The notes under the pieces: model-generated
The model's database searches: none
What the model saw: the letters and a program-made list of their open reading frames with translations, nothing else
Told to the model about the DNA's origin: nothing
Assembly: GCA_963717935.1 (NCBI GenBank)
Contig: CAVQXP010000004.1
Coordinates: 928,001-992,000, forward strand
Reading direction: 5' to 3'
Source: Candidatus Eiseniibacteriota bacterium
GTDB lineage: Bacteria; Eisenbacteria; RBG-16-71-46
Length of the DNA stretch: 64,000 bases
Part shown: positions 18,087 to 28,035 of the stretch, in pieces
How the letters are laid out: every line of letters starts with the position of its first letter
Numbering within the stretch: position 1 is the stretch's first letter
Made by a program: the position numbers and the translations under genes

Positions 18087-21000
18087 ATGCGACCACTCCC
18101 GCTGCTCCTGAAGGCCGTCACGGCCTTCGCGCTGCTCCTCCTGCCGGGCGGAGCGGTGCGCGCCCAGTCCCTGCGCGTGGTCGCCGTCGACGAGCGCGGC
18201 GTCACCCTGCAGCTGAGCCTCCCCGGCTATCGGCTCTCGGCGCCGCTTGCCGACGGGCGCGTCGAGCTGAGCGTGCCCGGCTACGCCGTCACGAGCCTGC
18301 CGGGGCGGCCTCACCTGCCCTATGCGCAGACGCTGGTGGCGCTGCCGCCGGGCGCCGGGGCGCTGGCCCGGGTCGTGGACCTGGGCGAGGAGGAGGCGCG
18401 CGACAGCCTGCGGCTCGCGCTGGGCGCGAAGCCGGTGATGCGGGACGGGGCAGGGGGGTTCGGCCCGTCGCCCGGGCTCGAGCCGGTGCCGCCCATCCTC
18501 GATGGGCCGTGGCCCGCCTCGCCGGTCGAGCTGGGCGAGCCGGCCGTCGTGCGCCGCCAGCGCATGGTGGCCGTGCAGGTCCGGCCATTCCGCTACGACG
18601 AAGCCACCGGCCGGCTCTGGGTGCGCCGCTCGCTCACCGTGCGCGTGGACTTCACCGGGGTCGCGCCGGGTGCGGCCACGGGCGTGGCCGTGACCGACCG
18701 CCACTGGGAGCCCGTCTTCCGCAACGCGCTCGCCAACTACGAGCAGGGCCGCCGCTGGCGCGGGCCGCAGCGGGCCGCGGCCGGGCTCTTCGGGGACCGC
18801 GCGGCCCTGCCCGCGGCCGTGCGCGCCGTCGCCGGCTTCGATGAGAGCGAGCCCGAGGTGCGCATCAAGGTGGACTCGACCGGGGTCTATGCCTTCCCGT
18901 ACGCCGACCTCGTCGCACAGGGCTACCCCACCGCGGTGCCCGTGGGCGAGGTGAGCCTGCACCGGCACGAGTACGTGGGCCCGGCCGACCCGCCCTACGT
19001 GACGATCGAGCTGCCCGTCGAGGTGGACGACGCCAACGCCAACGGCGTCTTCGACTCGGGCGACGCCATCGTCGCCTTCGTCGCCAACTGGGTCGAGCGC
19101 TCGGGCGTGACCTCGGTGATGCAACGCGACTGGGGCGACGCCGAGGTGGTCTTCGCCACGCGGCTCGTGGGCGGCGCGGGCCTGCGTCTCCCCACGCGCG
19201 CCGGCTGGCGGGACGCCACGAGCCCCGCGCTGCCCGCCTCGTATCCGTGGACCCGGCGCTGGGAGCGCTCGTTCAGCTACTTCGCCTACCCCTCACCGAT
19301 CGACACGGCGACCGTGGACCGCTTCCTGTGGACGTCCTACTTCCTCTACTACAGCCGGCCTGACTCGTTCCGCTTCGAGACCAACGATCTCGATGCGACG
19401 CGCCCGGTCACGTTCCGCACGCGGCTGCTGGGCAAGGACAACAACGCGCACGTCCTGTTCGGGCAGATCCGGAACGGCCTGGGCCAGCTCAACATGGTGG
19501 TGGACTCGTTGCTGTGGTATGGCAAGGAGGCGCGGACGGTGAGCGTCACGCTTCCTCCTGGCGCGCTGACGGAAGGGGCGACGAACAGCCTCGCGCTCTG
19601 GGGCAAGGGCTCGACCCTGCCTCCCGACCCCGTGACCAACGCGCTGGTGGGCGTCGGGCTCGACTGGTTCGAGACCACCTGCTGGCGATCCTACCGCGCA
19701 CTCAATGGCTACCTCGCGGCCAACAGCGGTGACGCCGCGGGCCTCTACCAGGTGCACGCCACCGGCTTCGGCTCGCCGGCGATCCGCGTCTACGACGTGA
19801 CGGACATCGTGAGCCCGGTGCGGCTGGCGGTGGACGCGAGCCACATCGCCCCGGCCGGCAGCGAGTACACGCTCGACTTCCAGGACTCCACCGGCGCGAG
19901 CCCGCGCCGGTACGTCGTCTTCGACCGTCCGAAGCTGCTCCCCGCCGGGCGCTACACGCCGGTCACGCGGCGGCAGCTCACCGCGGCGACCGGAGAGCGC
20001 GACTACGTGGTCATCGTGCCCGAGGCCTGGACGACCGCGGTGGACCCGCTGGTCGCGCTGCGCCAGTCCCAGGGGCTCGGCACGGTCGTGGCCCCGCTCG
20101 AGTCGGTGAACGACGAGTTCAACGGCGGACGCAAGTCCCGCTGGGCCATCAAGCGCTTCCTGCGCTACGCCATGGAGAGCTGGAACGCGCGCTTCGTCGT
20201 GCTCGTGGGCGACGGCAGCACCGACGGGCGGAACCTGCTCGGCACCGCAGGCACCGATTGGGTGCCGGTCGCGCTCATCCCCGGACCGGTCTCCTCGGGC
20301 ACGTCCGGGCTCGAGATGATCCCGGCCGACCCCTGGTACGGCTGGTGCCTGGACGAGGACCCGGCCTGCCTGACCGCGGCCCTGATCGAGCCGGACCTCT
20401 ACGTGGGCCGTCTGCCCGTGAACTCGCTCCAGCAGGCGCGCGACGTGGTGGCGAAGCTGGTGGCCTACGCGGCCTTCGACCCCGACGAGACCTGGCGGCG
20501 CCGCATGGTGCTGCTCGCCGACGACTGCTACTCGGGCGTGAGCACCTTCGGCGGGGGCGGTGGCACCGGCTACTGCTACCGCAGTTACGAGATCGTCTTC
20601 CGCCTGCTCAACCAGGCGGTGTCGGCGGTGATCGCCGACTCGTCGGGGATGAGCCTGGCGCGGCCCGAACTGCTCGATCTGCGCTCGTACCTGACGGACC
20701 CCGCGCTCTACGTGGTCAATGGGCCCGGGGACACCTGCCGGGTGGGGACGGAGGTGGCCGAGGGCACCCTGCGCGCGGTCTTCAACCCGGTGCTCTTCCA
20801 GAAGCTCAACGAGGGCGCGCTCTGGTGGAACTACCAGGGCCATGCGAATCCCTACGTGCTCTCCCACGAGGTCTTCTATCGGAACCAGGGGTCGTTCCAG
20901 GACCGCGACAACTTCATGAACGACGGGAAGCTGTTCCTGTTCTCGGCCTTCTCCTGCCATGCGAATGCGTTCTCGGACGTGTCCGAGGGCAATCCCTCGC

Positions 21001-22310
21001 TCGGTCCCTCGCTGGGCGAGAACATGCTCACGTTGCCGTTGCGCGGAGCCATCGCCTCGTGGGCCTCGAGCGGCTTCGAGATCGTGCCCTCGAGCGGTTC
21101 CTACCACCTGAACGTCGAGTTCGCCCGCTCGCTCTTCAGCGATCCGCCGCACGACGACGAGCTGGGGCGCGGGCTCGCCGACCGCGGCGCGCGCGTGCCG
21201 CTGGGCGAGGTCATCGCGCTGACCATGCTCAACTACCTGCCCACGGTGCGGCAGTCGTCGTCCGAGCGCGGGGTCGGGCTCACCTACAACCTGCTCGGCG
21301 ATCCCGCGACCCGGTTGTGGGTGGGGCCCGCGCAGATCACGGTGACGGCGAACGGCCAGCCCGTGACGAGCGGCCAGCCGGTGCGGCTCGCGAGCGGCGG
21401 CGACACGCTGCGACTCGAGGCGGAGCTGGTATCCAACGTCGAGATCCGGTCCGTCGAGCTGCTGCAGTCGGGCCGCGACGGGACGATGGCGGTGCCGCCC
21501 GAGCTCTACCAGCTCACCCCGCCCTTCCCCGACACCACGGCGACGGGCCAGGGCGGGCGACGCTACCACCTCTCGTATGTCACGACGCTCGCCAGCAGCT
21601 CGCTGCGCTACACGCTGCGGATCACCGACCGCTACGGCGTGACCCAGTCGTTCGACGTCGTGTTCGAGTTCGAGACCGGGTTGTTCAGTGACGGCGTGCC
21701 CGTCCAGGAGGACGACCCGGTCGCCCCGGACGCCCCGCTCGCGTTGCTCGTGCTCTCGCCCGGGCAGCTCGATCCCGACAGCCTGAGCCTCTCGGTGGAC
21801 GACGCGCCGCAGCCCTTCACCTGGGAGTTCGCGCGCGGTGACACCACCGGCCGGCAGTACTGGCTGCGCTGGCTGCACGCGCCCTATGGCGAAGGCCGTC
21901 ACGCCGTGCTGCTCGAGGCTCCCGTGGACCAGCGCCTGGTCCACCACTTCCGGGTCGAGACCCGCTTCGCGTTGCGCGACGCGCTGGCCTTCCCGAACCC
22001 GTTCGACGACGAGCTGGGCACACGCTTCGTCTTCACCCTGACCGGGGAGACCCCGGCCGATCTGCTGGTGCGCGTGTACACGGTGAGCGGGCGGCGCGTG
22101 TACGAGACCCGGCTCGACGGTCTCTCGCCCGGCCATCACGAGATCCCCTGGGACGGTCTCGATGAGGAGGGACAGAAGCTTGCGAACGGCATCTACTTCT
22201 ACAAGCTGGTGGCCCACGGCTCCTCCGGCACCTCGGCGTACGATGGCCGCCTGGTCAAGCTCCGCCGGCCGCGACGCTCCACCGACCCGGCGAGCGGCAC
22301 GACCCCGTAG
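18087..22310 (+). CDS. Peptidase C25 (gingipain/PorU-like) with propeptide and C-terminal FlgD/CTD-like domain
   Basis: Signal peptide; propeptide (PGRPHLP, VRPFRYD); VLVGDG, YVGRLPV, NYQGHA (His), FSCHAN (Cys), YNLLGDPA; FPNPF...WDGLDEEG..LANGIYFYKL. Confidence 0.88.
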   Translation: MRPLPLLLKAVTAFALLLLPGGAVRAQSLRVVAVDERGVTLQLSLPGYRLSAPLADGRVELSVPGYAVTSLPGRPHLPYAQTLVALPPGAGALARVVDLGEEEARDSLRLALGAKPVMRDGAGGFGPSPGLEPVPPILDGPWPASPVELGEPAVVRRQRMVAVQVRPFRYDEATGRLWVRRSLTVRVDFTGVAPGAATGVAVTDRHWEPVFRNALANYEQGRRWRGPQRAAAGLFGDRAALPAAVRAVAGFDESEPEVRIKVDSTGVYAFPYADLVAQGYPTAVPVGEVSLHRHEYVGPADPPYVTIELPVEVDDANANGVFDSGDAIVAFVANWVERSGVTSVMQRDWGDAEVVFATRLVGGAGLRLPTRAGWRDATSPALPASYPWTRRWERSFSYFAYPSPIDTATVDRFLWTSYFLYYSRPDSFRFETNDLDATRPVTFRTRLLGKDNNAHVLFGQIRNGLGQLNMVVDSLLWYGKEARTVSVTLPPGALTEGATNSLALWGKGSTLPPDPVTNALVGVGLDWFETTCWRSYRALNGYLAANSGDAAGLYQVHATGFGSPAIRVYDVTDIVSPVRLAVDASHIAPAGSEYTLDFQDSTGASPRRYVVFDRPKLLPAGRYTPVTRRQLTAATGERDYVVIVPEAWTTAVDPLVALRQSQGLGTVVAPLESVNDEFNGGRKSRWAIKRFLRYAMESWNARFVVLVGDGSTDGRNLLGTAGTDWVPVALIPGPVSSGTSGLEMIPADPWYGWCLDEDPACLTAALIEPDLYVGRLPVNSLQQARDVVAKLVAYAAFDPDETWRRRMVLLADDCYSGVSTFGGGGGTGYCYRSYEIVFRLLNQAVSAVIADSSGMSLARPELLDLRSYLTDPALYVVNGPGDTCRVGTEVAEGTLRAVFNPVLFQKLNEGALWWNYQGHANPYVLSHEVFYRNQGSFQDRDNFMNDGKLFLFSAFSCHANAFSDVSEGNPSLGPSLGENMLTLPLRGAIASWASSGFEIVPSSGSYHLNVEFARSLFSDPPHDDELGRGLADRGARVPLGEVIALTMLNYLPTVRQSSSERGVGLTYNLLGDPATRLWVGPAQITVTANGQPVTSGQPVRLASGGDTLRLEAELVSNVEIRSVELLQSGRDGTMAVPPELYQLTPPFPDTTATGQGGRRYHLSYVTTLASSSLRYTLRITDRYGVTQSFDVVFEFETGLFSDGVPVQEDDPVAPDAPLALLVLSPGQLDPDSLSLSVDDAPQPFTWEFARGDTTGRQYWLRWLHAPYGEGRHAVLLEAPVDQRLVHHFRVETRFALRDALAFPNPFDDELGTRFVFTLTGETPADLLVRVYTVSGRRVYETRLDGLSPGHHEIPWDGLDEEGQKLANGIYFYKLVAHGSSGTSAYDGRLVKLRRPRRSTDPASGTTP

Positions 22311-24303
22311 CGGCGTCTTCGCGCTCTTCGCGCTCGTCGCGCTGGCGGCGCCGCCGGGCGCCGGCGCCGCGTCGGGAAGGCCGGCCACGCCGCCGGCCGT
22401 GAGCGTGCCCGCGCGGGCCATCGCCTCCGCGTCCGCGGACACCCTGGCCGACGCGCGACTCACCCCGCTCCAGCGGATCGAGAAGGCCGAGGACCAGCGC
22501 ACGCTGGCCGGGGGCGCGCTGGCGCGCTACCTCGCGGACCCGGACGCCGCGCTGCGCCGCCGTGCCGCGCTCGCCGTGGGGCGCCTGCAGGACACGGCGG
22601 GCACCGCGCTCCTGCTGCCCCTGCTGCAGGACGCGGACGCCGAGGTCAGGCGCGAAGCCGTGTTCGCGCTGGGGCAGATCGGGCTCGCCCACCCCGCAGG
22701 CTCCGGCCGGCCCGCGTCCGCGCGGGCCGAGCTCGAGCGGCTGGCCGGCGACGACGACGCCGAGACCGCCGACCTCGCGCTCGAGGCGCTCGGCAAGCTG
22801 GGGGACCGGGCCGCGACCTCGCGCGTCGCGGCCTTCCTGCGCGAGGGCTCGTCGCCGCTCCTGCGCGGCAGTGCCGCGGTCGCCCTGTGGCGGCTGGCCG
22901 ACTCGACCGCGCTCGAGCCCCTGCTCCTCTGCCTCGACGACCCCGAGGCGGGCGTGCGCTGGCGCGCGCTCTACGCGCTCGAGAAGCTCGTGAGCCCGGA
23001 CCAGGTCGTGCTGCTGGCCGCGATGCACGTGGACGACGACGATGCGCTCGTGCGCGCCCAGGCGGTGCGCACGCTCGGCCGGCAGAAGTCGCCGCAGGGC
23101 ACGGCCTACGTGCTGCAGAAGCTCGACGACCCCGGGACGGGCGTGGTCGTGAACGCGATCCGCGCTCTCTCGCTCATCGCCGACACGACCTGCGGCGCCT
23201 GCCTGCCCGCCCTCACGCGTGCGCTCGACGCTGGGCACCCCTACGTGCGCGTGACCGCCGCCACGGCGCTGGCGGACCGCTTCGCGTGGGTCCCGGGCGA
23301 CTCCGCCGCGGGCCGGGCCGCGCTCGACTCGCTGGCCGCAGGCCTGGGCGATCCGGACGCGGCGACTCGCGGGGCCTGCGCCCGGGCGCTTCTCGCCCGC
23401 CGCGGCGAGGCCGCGCTGCCGATCGTCCAGGACGTCCTCGCCGACAGCTCGGTCTACGCCCGCGTGGCGGTTCTGCAGGCGCTGGCGCTGCTGCCCGCGG
23501 CGGCGGCGGCGCCTGCGCTGATGGCCCGCCTCGCGCCCGGCACGCCGGTGTTCGAACGCGCCACCGCGGCCGAGGCGCTGGCGACGCTCAAGGTGGTCGC
23601 CGCGGCGCCCGGCCTGCGGGCCGCGCTCGCCGACACCTCGCTGCTGGTCGTGGCCACGGCGGCCGGCGCGCTGGCCGAGCTGGGTGACTCGGCCGCCGTC
23701 CCCGGGCTCGTGCGCGCCTACGCCGCGCACGCGCTCGACGCCGAGGCGGACGCCCGCGCCGCGCTGCTCGACGCGCTGCGGTCACTGGCGGCCGGGGGCG
23801 CCGCCGACAGCCTCGAGCGCGCGCACCCGGCCGCCGTGGGGCGCGCCGTCTACGACTCGGCCTTCTTCGCGCCGCCGGCTGCGCGCGGGGCGGTGCTCCA
23901 CACCCCGAAGGGCGACATCGAGTGGGCCTTCTACGGCGCCGAGGCCCCGCAGACCGTGAAGAACTTCGTGCGGCTGGCCGAGCGCGGCTACTTCGATGGA
24001 CTCCACGTCCACCGCGTGGTGCCCAACTTCGTGGTCCAGGACGGCGACCCCACGGGCACCGGCTCCGGCGGCCCCGGCTGGACCCTCCGCTGCGAGTACA
24101 ACCGCCTGCGCTACGAGGCCGGCACGGTGGGCATGGCGCTCTCGGGCAAGGACACGGGCGGCAGCCAGTGGTTCATCACCCACGCGCCGCAGCCCCACCT
24201 GAACGGGCGCTACACCATCTTCGCGCGCGTCGTGCGCGGGCAGGACGTGGTGGAGCGCATCGTGCAGGGCGACCGCGTGTCGGGCGTGGAGATCCTGAGG
24301 TAG
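22243..24303 (+). CDS. HEAT-repeat protein with C-terminal cyclophilin-type PPIase (start uncertain)
   Basis: Many LxDxDxxVRxxAxxALG repeats; APQTVKNF, HRVVPNFVVQDGDP, GKDTGGSQWFITH..QPHLNGRYTIF. Confidence 0.88.
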   Translation: MAAWSSSAGRDAPPTRRAARPRSGVFALFALVALAAPPGAGAASGRPATPPAVSVPARAIASASADTLADARLTPLQRIEKAEDQRTLAGGALARYLADPDAALRRRAALAVGRLQDTAGTALLLPLLQDADAEVRREAVFALGQIGLAHPAGSGRPASARAELERLAGDDDAETADLALEALGKLGDRAATSRVAAFLREGSSPLLRGSAAVALWRLADSTALEPLLLCLDDPEAGVRWRALYALEKLVSPDQVVLLAAMHVDDDDALVRAQAVRTLGRQKSPQGTAYVLQKLDDPGTGVVVNAIRALSLIADTTCGACLPALTRALDAGHPYVRVTAATALADRFAWVPGDSAAGRAALDSLAAGLGDPDAATRGACARALLARRGEAALPIVQDVLADSSVYARVAVLQALALLPAAAAAPALMARLAPGTPVFERATAAEALATLKVVAAAPGLRAALADTSLLVVATAAGALAELGDSAAVPGLVRAYAAHALDAEADARAALLDALRSLAAGGAADSLERAHPAAVGRAVYDSAFFAPPAARGAVLHTPKGDIEWAFYGAEAPQTVKNFVRLAERGYFDGLHVHRVVPNFVVQDGDPTGTGSGGPGWTLRCEYNRLRYEAGTVGMALSGKDTGGSQWFITHAPQPHLNGRYTIFARVVRGQDVVERIVQGDRVSGVEILR

Positions 24304-24532
24304 GGCGCGGGTGTCCTCGGCCGGCCCCGGCCTGGCGCCGGGGCCGGCTCCCGGCCCGCCCGGCCCCGGCCCCCCCCAACCCCGGGCCGGCGCTGGCGTT
24401 GGCAGCCCGTCCCGGTCCGGGGCAGCCCCGGGCTCGTGGCAGGCGCCTTCTGACCGCCCCGCGGGCCATTTTCTTGCTGCGGAGGGCCGTTCCCGGGGGT
24501 ATAATCAGGACCGTGTTACTCCGCTTGGCGCC

Positions 24533-25351
24533 GTGACGACCGGGCGCAACCGGCAAGGAGTCTCTAAACTGCTGCCTTCGAGCCTTATCCCGCTGGTCGT
24601 CCTGTTCCTCCTGACGTCCGCGCTGCCTGCCTTCTGTGAGGGCGTCACGGCTCCCGCCTCCGCGGTCTCCGCCGTGGAACCGGGCGCCCTGCTCACCCCC
24701 GACGACGGTGGTTCCGCCGCCACCGCGACCAACGTGGACGTTTCCGCCCTGGGGGGTGGCTGGACCTGGCGTGGATCCCAGGGGCTGCGCAATCCGGAGA
24801 CCCGGGGCCTGGCGCGTTTCACCCAGCGCCTGGGCGACGCGCGAGTCGTGGGCCAGGCCCTGCTGGCCGGTTACGTCACGGGGCGCATCACCGGGCTGCC
24901 CAACTTCTCGGCGGCCAGCGCCCGCGTCGCAGGTGCCACGTTCAGTGCGGTCGTGCTGTGCGAGGGGCTCAGACTTGCGGTGGGGCGTGCCCGGCCGGAC
25001 GTCGCACCCGGCGACCCCCACGAGTTCCGGCCTTTCGGCGGGCTCGACGCGCCGTTCCCCTCGGGGCAGACCACCGTCGCCTTCGCCGCGGCCGCGGCCA
25101 TCGACGAGGAGTCCCAGGCGCGCTGGGTATCGTGGGTCGTCTACCCGGTCGCGGCGGCCGTGGGCCTGGTGCAGGCGCACGAGGACGGCTCCGGGCTGGG
25201 CGACGCCGCCGCGGGCGCGGCCCTCGGGTTCTGGGCGGGCCGCAGGGTGGACCAGATCGAGCGCGGCCAGGTGCGGATCTTCGACCGCGCGCGCTTCCTG
25301 GTGCGCGGCTCGCCGCGCAACTTCCGGGTGGGATTCAAAGCACGCTTCTGA
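24533..25351 (+). CDS. PAP2-family membrane protein with degenerate catalytic residues (start uncertain)
   Basis: VGRARP (C1), FPSGQT (C2, His to Gln); C3 SR..H replaced by VQAHEDGSGLGD. Confidence 0.7.
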   Translation: MTTGRNRQGVSKLLPSSLIPLVVLFLLTSALPAFCEGVTAPASAVSAVEPGALLTPDDGGSAATATNVDVSALGGGWTWRGSQGLRNPETRGLARFTQRLGDARVVGQALLAGYVTGRITGLPNFSAASARVAGATFSAVVLCEGLRLAVGRARPDVAPGDPHEFRPFGGLDAPFPSGQTTVAFAAAAAIDEESQARWVSWVVYPVAAAVGLVQAHEDGSGLGDAAAGAALGFWAGRRVDQIERGQVRIFDRARFLVRGSPRNFRVGFKARF

Positions 25352-25363
25352 GCTGGGGCTCAG

Positions 25364-25400
25364 AAGTGGCCGGTCGTCGCAATCGGACGGCCGGCCACTT
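25364..25400. terminator. Hairpin between convergent PAP2 and punA genes
   Basis: AAGTGGCCGGTCGTC...GACGGCCGGCCACTT. Confidence 0.65.
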
Positions 25401-25436
25401 GTGCGCCAGGGGTTTGCCGGCGCCCGGCGGGCGGCG

Positions 25437-26315
25437 CTAGCGGTTCGCGGCCCCGTCCGCCGCCGGCGGGAAGGTCCCGGCGCTCAGGAACTCCTCGAGG
25501 ATGCGCCGCAGCGACCCGGCGACCCGGTCGGCCACCTCGGTCACCTCGTCGTGGGCCAGCGGGCCCGCCGAGAGCCCGGTCGCACGGTTGGTGATGCAGG
25601 AGATGCTCGCTGCCTCCGCACCCAGCTGCGCGGCCAGCATGACCTCGTGCACGGTGCTCATGCAGGCCACGTCCGCGCCCAGGTAGGAGGCCATGCGCAC
25701 CTCGGCGGCCGTCTCGTACGCAGGCCCGAGCCCGCCCATCAGCACGCCGCGGTGCAGGCAGACGCCCGCGCGCTGCGCGGCCGCGAGCAACGACTCGCGC
25801 AGGCGCGGGCTGTAGTAGCCGCCCACCGGCCGGCCGGCCCGGCGTGCCGCCAGCTCCTCGCGGGTGAAGAGCCCGCGCTTGCCGATCGAGTTGATGTGGT
25901 CCACCGCGAGCATCAGGTCCCCGGGCCGGTACTCGGGGTTCATCGCGCCCACGGCGTTCGTGAACAGCAACGTGCGGGCCCCCAGCGCATGCATCACGCG
26001 CACGGCGAAGGTGACGCGGTCGAGCGTGTAGCCCTCGTAGCGATGGCTGCGGCCCGAGAGCGCGGCGACGGGCACGCCCTGCCAGTGCCCGAGCGCCAGC
26101 CGCCCGGCGTGGCCGTGCACGGTCGAGCGCGGCCAGTGAGGCAGCTCGGTGGTGGGGAGGACGACCGCGTCGTCGAGCACGTCCACCACGCCCCCCAGGC
26201 CCGACCCGAGCGTGAGCCCCACGCGTGGCACGAGGTCGGTGCGCGCGCGGATGGCGTGCACGGCCTCCGCCACGCGGGCGTCGAGGTCGTGGGAGGGCAG
26301 CAGGGCATCGCTCAT
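25437..26315 (-). CDS. punA: Purine nucleoside phosphorylase (trimeric type)
   Basis: LGSGLG, VHGHAGRL, GRSHRYEG, TNAVG, GPAYETAAE, MSTVHE, CITN. Confidence 0.93.
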   Translation of the reverse strand: MSDALLPSHDLDARVAEAVHAIRARTDLVPRVGLTLGSGLGGVVDVLDDAVVLPTTELPHWPRSTVHGHAGRLALGHWQGVPVAALSGRSHRYEGYTLDRVTFAVRVMHALGARTLLFTNAVGAMNPEYRPGDLMLAVDHINSIGKRGLFTREELAARRAGRPVGGYYSPRLRESLLAAAQRAGVCLHRGVLMGGLGPAYETAAEVRMASYLGADVACMSTVHEVMLAAQLGAEAASISCITNRATGLSAGPLAHDEVTEVADRVAGSLRRILEEFLSAGTFPPAADGAANR

Positions 26316-26382
26316 AGGCGGGGGATTATCCATGCGGGGGGCCTCCTCGGCAATCCGGGGGTGCGCCTCCGGGCTCGCCCGG

Positions 26383-27288
26383 CTACTGCTCCTCGGGGTC
26401 GTACGGCACGCCGACGGCGCGCGGGGCCACGGCGCGGCCGATGAAGCCCGCCAGCGCCAGCATCGTGACCAGGTAGGGCATCATCTGGAGCAGCTCGTTG
26501 GGGAAGCGCGAGCCCTGCAAGGTGATCTGCAGCGCCTCGGCGGCGCCGAACAGCAGGCATGCCGCGGCGGCGCCGAACGGGGACCACTTGCCCACGATCA
26601 TCGCGGCCAGCGCGATGTAGCCCCGCCCGCCCGTCATGCCGTCGGTGAACGAGTGCTGCTCGCTCGCCAGCCACGCCCCGGCGAGTCCTGCCAGAGCGCC
26701 CGAGACGAGCACGCCCGCCGTGCGGTAGGCGTTCACCGAGAGCCCCAGCGTGGCCGCCGCCTCGGGCCGCTCGCCGATGCTGCGCAGGCGGAGCCCGAAG
26801 ACGGAGCGGAAGAGCAGCCACTGTCCACCCAGCACCAGGGCCACCGTGACCAGCACCAGCGGCGTGGCGAGGACCTGGCCGATGCCCGGCACGTGCACGA
26901 GGCCGGCCAGGTCCCAGGCGGGCAGGCCCACCACGCGCGAGGAGTTCGACGAGGAGTGGAAGACCTGCGTGAGCACGAACTTGGTCAGCCCGGCGGCGAG
27001 CAGGTTGATCCCGAGGCCGCTCGTGATCTGGTCCGCGCGGGCCACCACCGTGACCAGTGCGTGCAGCGCCCCGGTCGCGACGCCGGCGGCGAGGGCCGCG
27101 GCCACGCCGGCCCAGGCGTTCCCCGTGAAGTGGGCCCCGAGCACGTAGGCCAGCGCCCCGTTCAGCATCATGCCCTCGAGCGCGATGTTGACGACGCCCC
27201 CCCGTTCGTTGATGGAGGCGCCCAGCGCGGCGAGCGTGTAGGGCACGCTGATGCGCAGCGTGGCGGCGAGGAAGAGGAGCAGGATCAC
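26383..27288 (-). CDS. Nucleoside/sugar ABC transporter permease 2
   Basis: ERGGVVNIALEG, GLRLRSIGERPEAA, GRGYIALAA; GTG start at 27288. Confidence 0.9.
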   Translation of the reverse strand: MILLLFLAATLRISVPYTLAALGASINERGGVVNIALEGMMLNGALAYVLGAHFTGNAWAGVAAALAAGVATGALHALVTVVARADQITSGLGINLLAAGLTKFVLTQVFHSSSNSSRVVGLPAWDLAGLVHVPGIGQVLATPLVLVTVALVLGGQWLLFRSVFGLRLRSIGERPEAAATLGLSVNAYRTAGVLVSGALAGLAGAWLASEQHSFTDGMTGGRGYIALAAMIVGKWSPFGAAAACLLFGAAEALQITLQGSRFPNELLQMMPYLVTMLALAGFIGRAVAPRAVGVPYDPEEQ

Positions 27289-27354
27289 GCCGGCAGTCCA
27301 GCACGGCACGCAGGGGTGGTCAAGCGACAGGGCGGTGGGGCTGTGACCGGGCAC

Positions 27355-27510
27355 GACGGCCAAGCAGCGCGGCGGGGAGCCCGCAGCGAGGGTCCGGGCC
27401 CCGGCCGACGCAGGATGCGGCGGCCGGGGGATTGCCCGGGAGCGAGCACGGCCAGGATGGCCGCGCGCAGCGTCCTCGCGGAGGGCTCCCCGCCGCGCTG
27501 CTTGGCCGTC
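27355..27510. repeat. Element bounded by a perfect 28-bp inverted repeat; contains hairpin family 2 copy A
   Basis: 27355-27382 is the exact reverse complement of 27483-27510; core CGCAGCGTCCTCGCGGAGGGCT.CCCGCCG also at ~35562. Confidence 0.8.
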
Positions 27511-27573
27511 CCCTCTTCGGGCTCCGGGCTTCCCGGCCGGTCGCTTGACCGCCGTGCCGCTCGGCCGTCGTGC

Positions 27574-28035
27574 TCAGCCGTTGGTCGCGAGCATCTCCTC
27601 GCTGATCAGCAGCGCCGCCTCGCGCACGGCGCACTCGACGGCGTAGGAGAGCCGCGTGCCGAGGCCGAAGTCCGCCCCCTCGATGCCGTAGATCACGAGT
27701 GAGGGTGGCAACTGACCCAGCGAGCGTGCCAGCTCGACCGCCTCGGCCAGGCCCAGGCCGTGCGTGGAGCCGCGGAACAGCTCGGCGGGCAGCGGCCCCC
27801 GCGCGGCGTCCAGCCGCTGCACCGTCCCGGCGGGCGCGCCCGAGGACATGGCGTCCACCACCAGGACCGCGGGCTCGCCCCGCCAGGCCTCGAGCAGCGC
27901 GGCAGCGCCCCCCGCGCACTCGACCATGCGGGCCCGCGGCCACAGCAGCGCCCGCACCAGCCGCGCGGCGCGCACGCCCGCGGCGTCGTCGCGCCGGCCC
28001 TCGTGGCCGACGCCGATCAGCAGCGGTGCGATCGC
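27574..28035 (-). CDS. Hydrogenase maturation endopeptidase (start uncertain)
   Basis: LIGVGHEGRRDDAAG, LVVDA, STHGLGL, YGIEG. Confidence 0.88.
   Translation of the reverse strand, partial: AIAPLLIGVGHEGRRDDAAGVRAARLVRALLWPRARMVECAGGAAALLEAWRGEPAVLVVDAMSSGAPAGTVQRLDAARGPLPAELFRGSTHGLGLAEAVELARSLGQLPPSLVIYGIEGADFGLGTRLSYAVECAVREAALLISEEMLATNG

Noticed and set aside
24304..24440. CCGG/CCCC-rich stretch as a defined repeat element
   Set aside because: Low-complexity GC sequence with no consistent unit and no second copy found.
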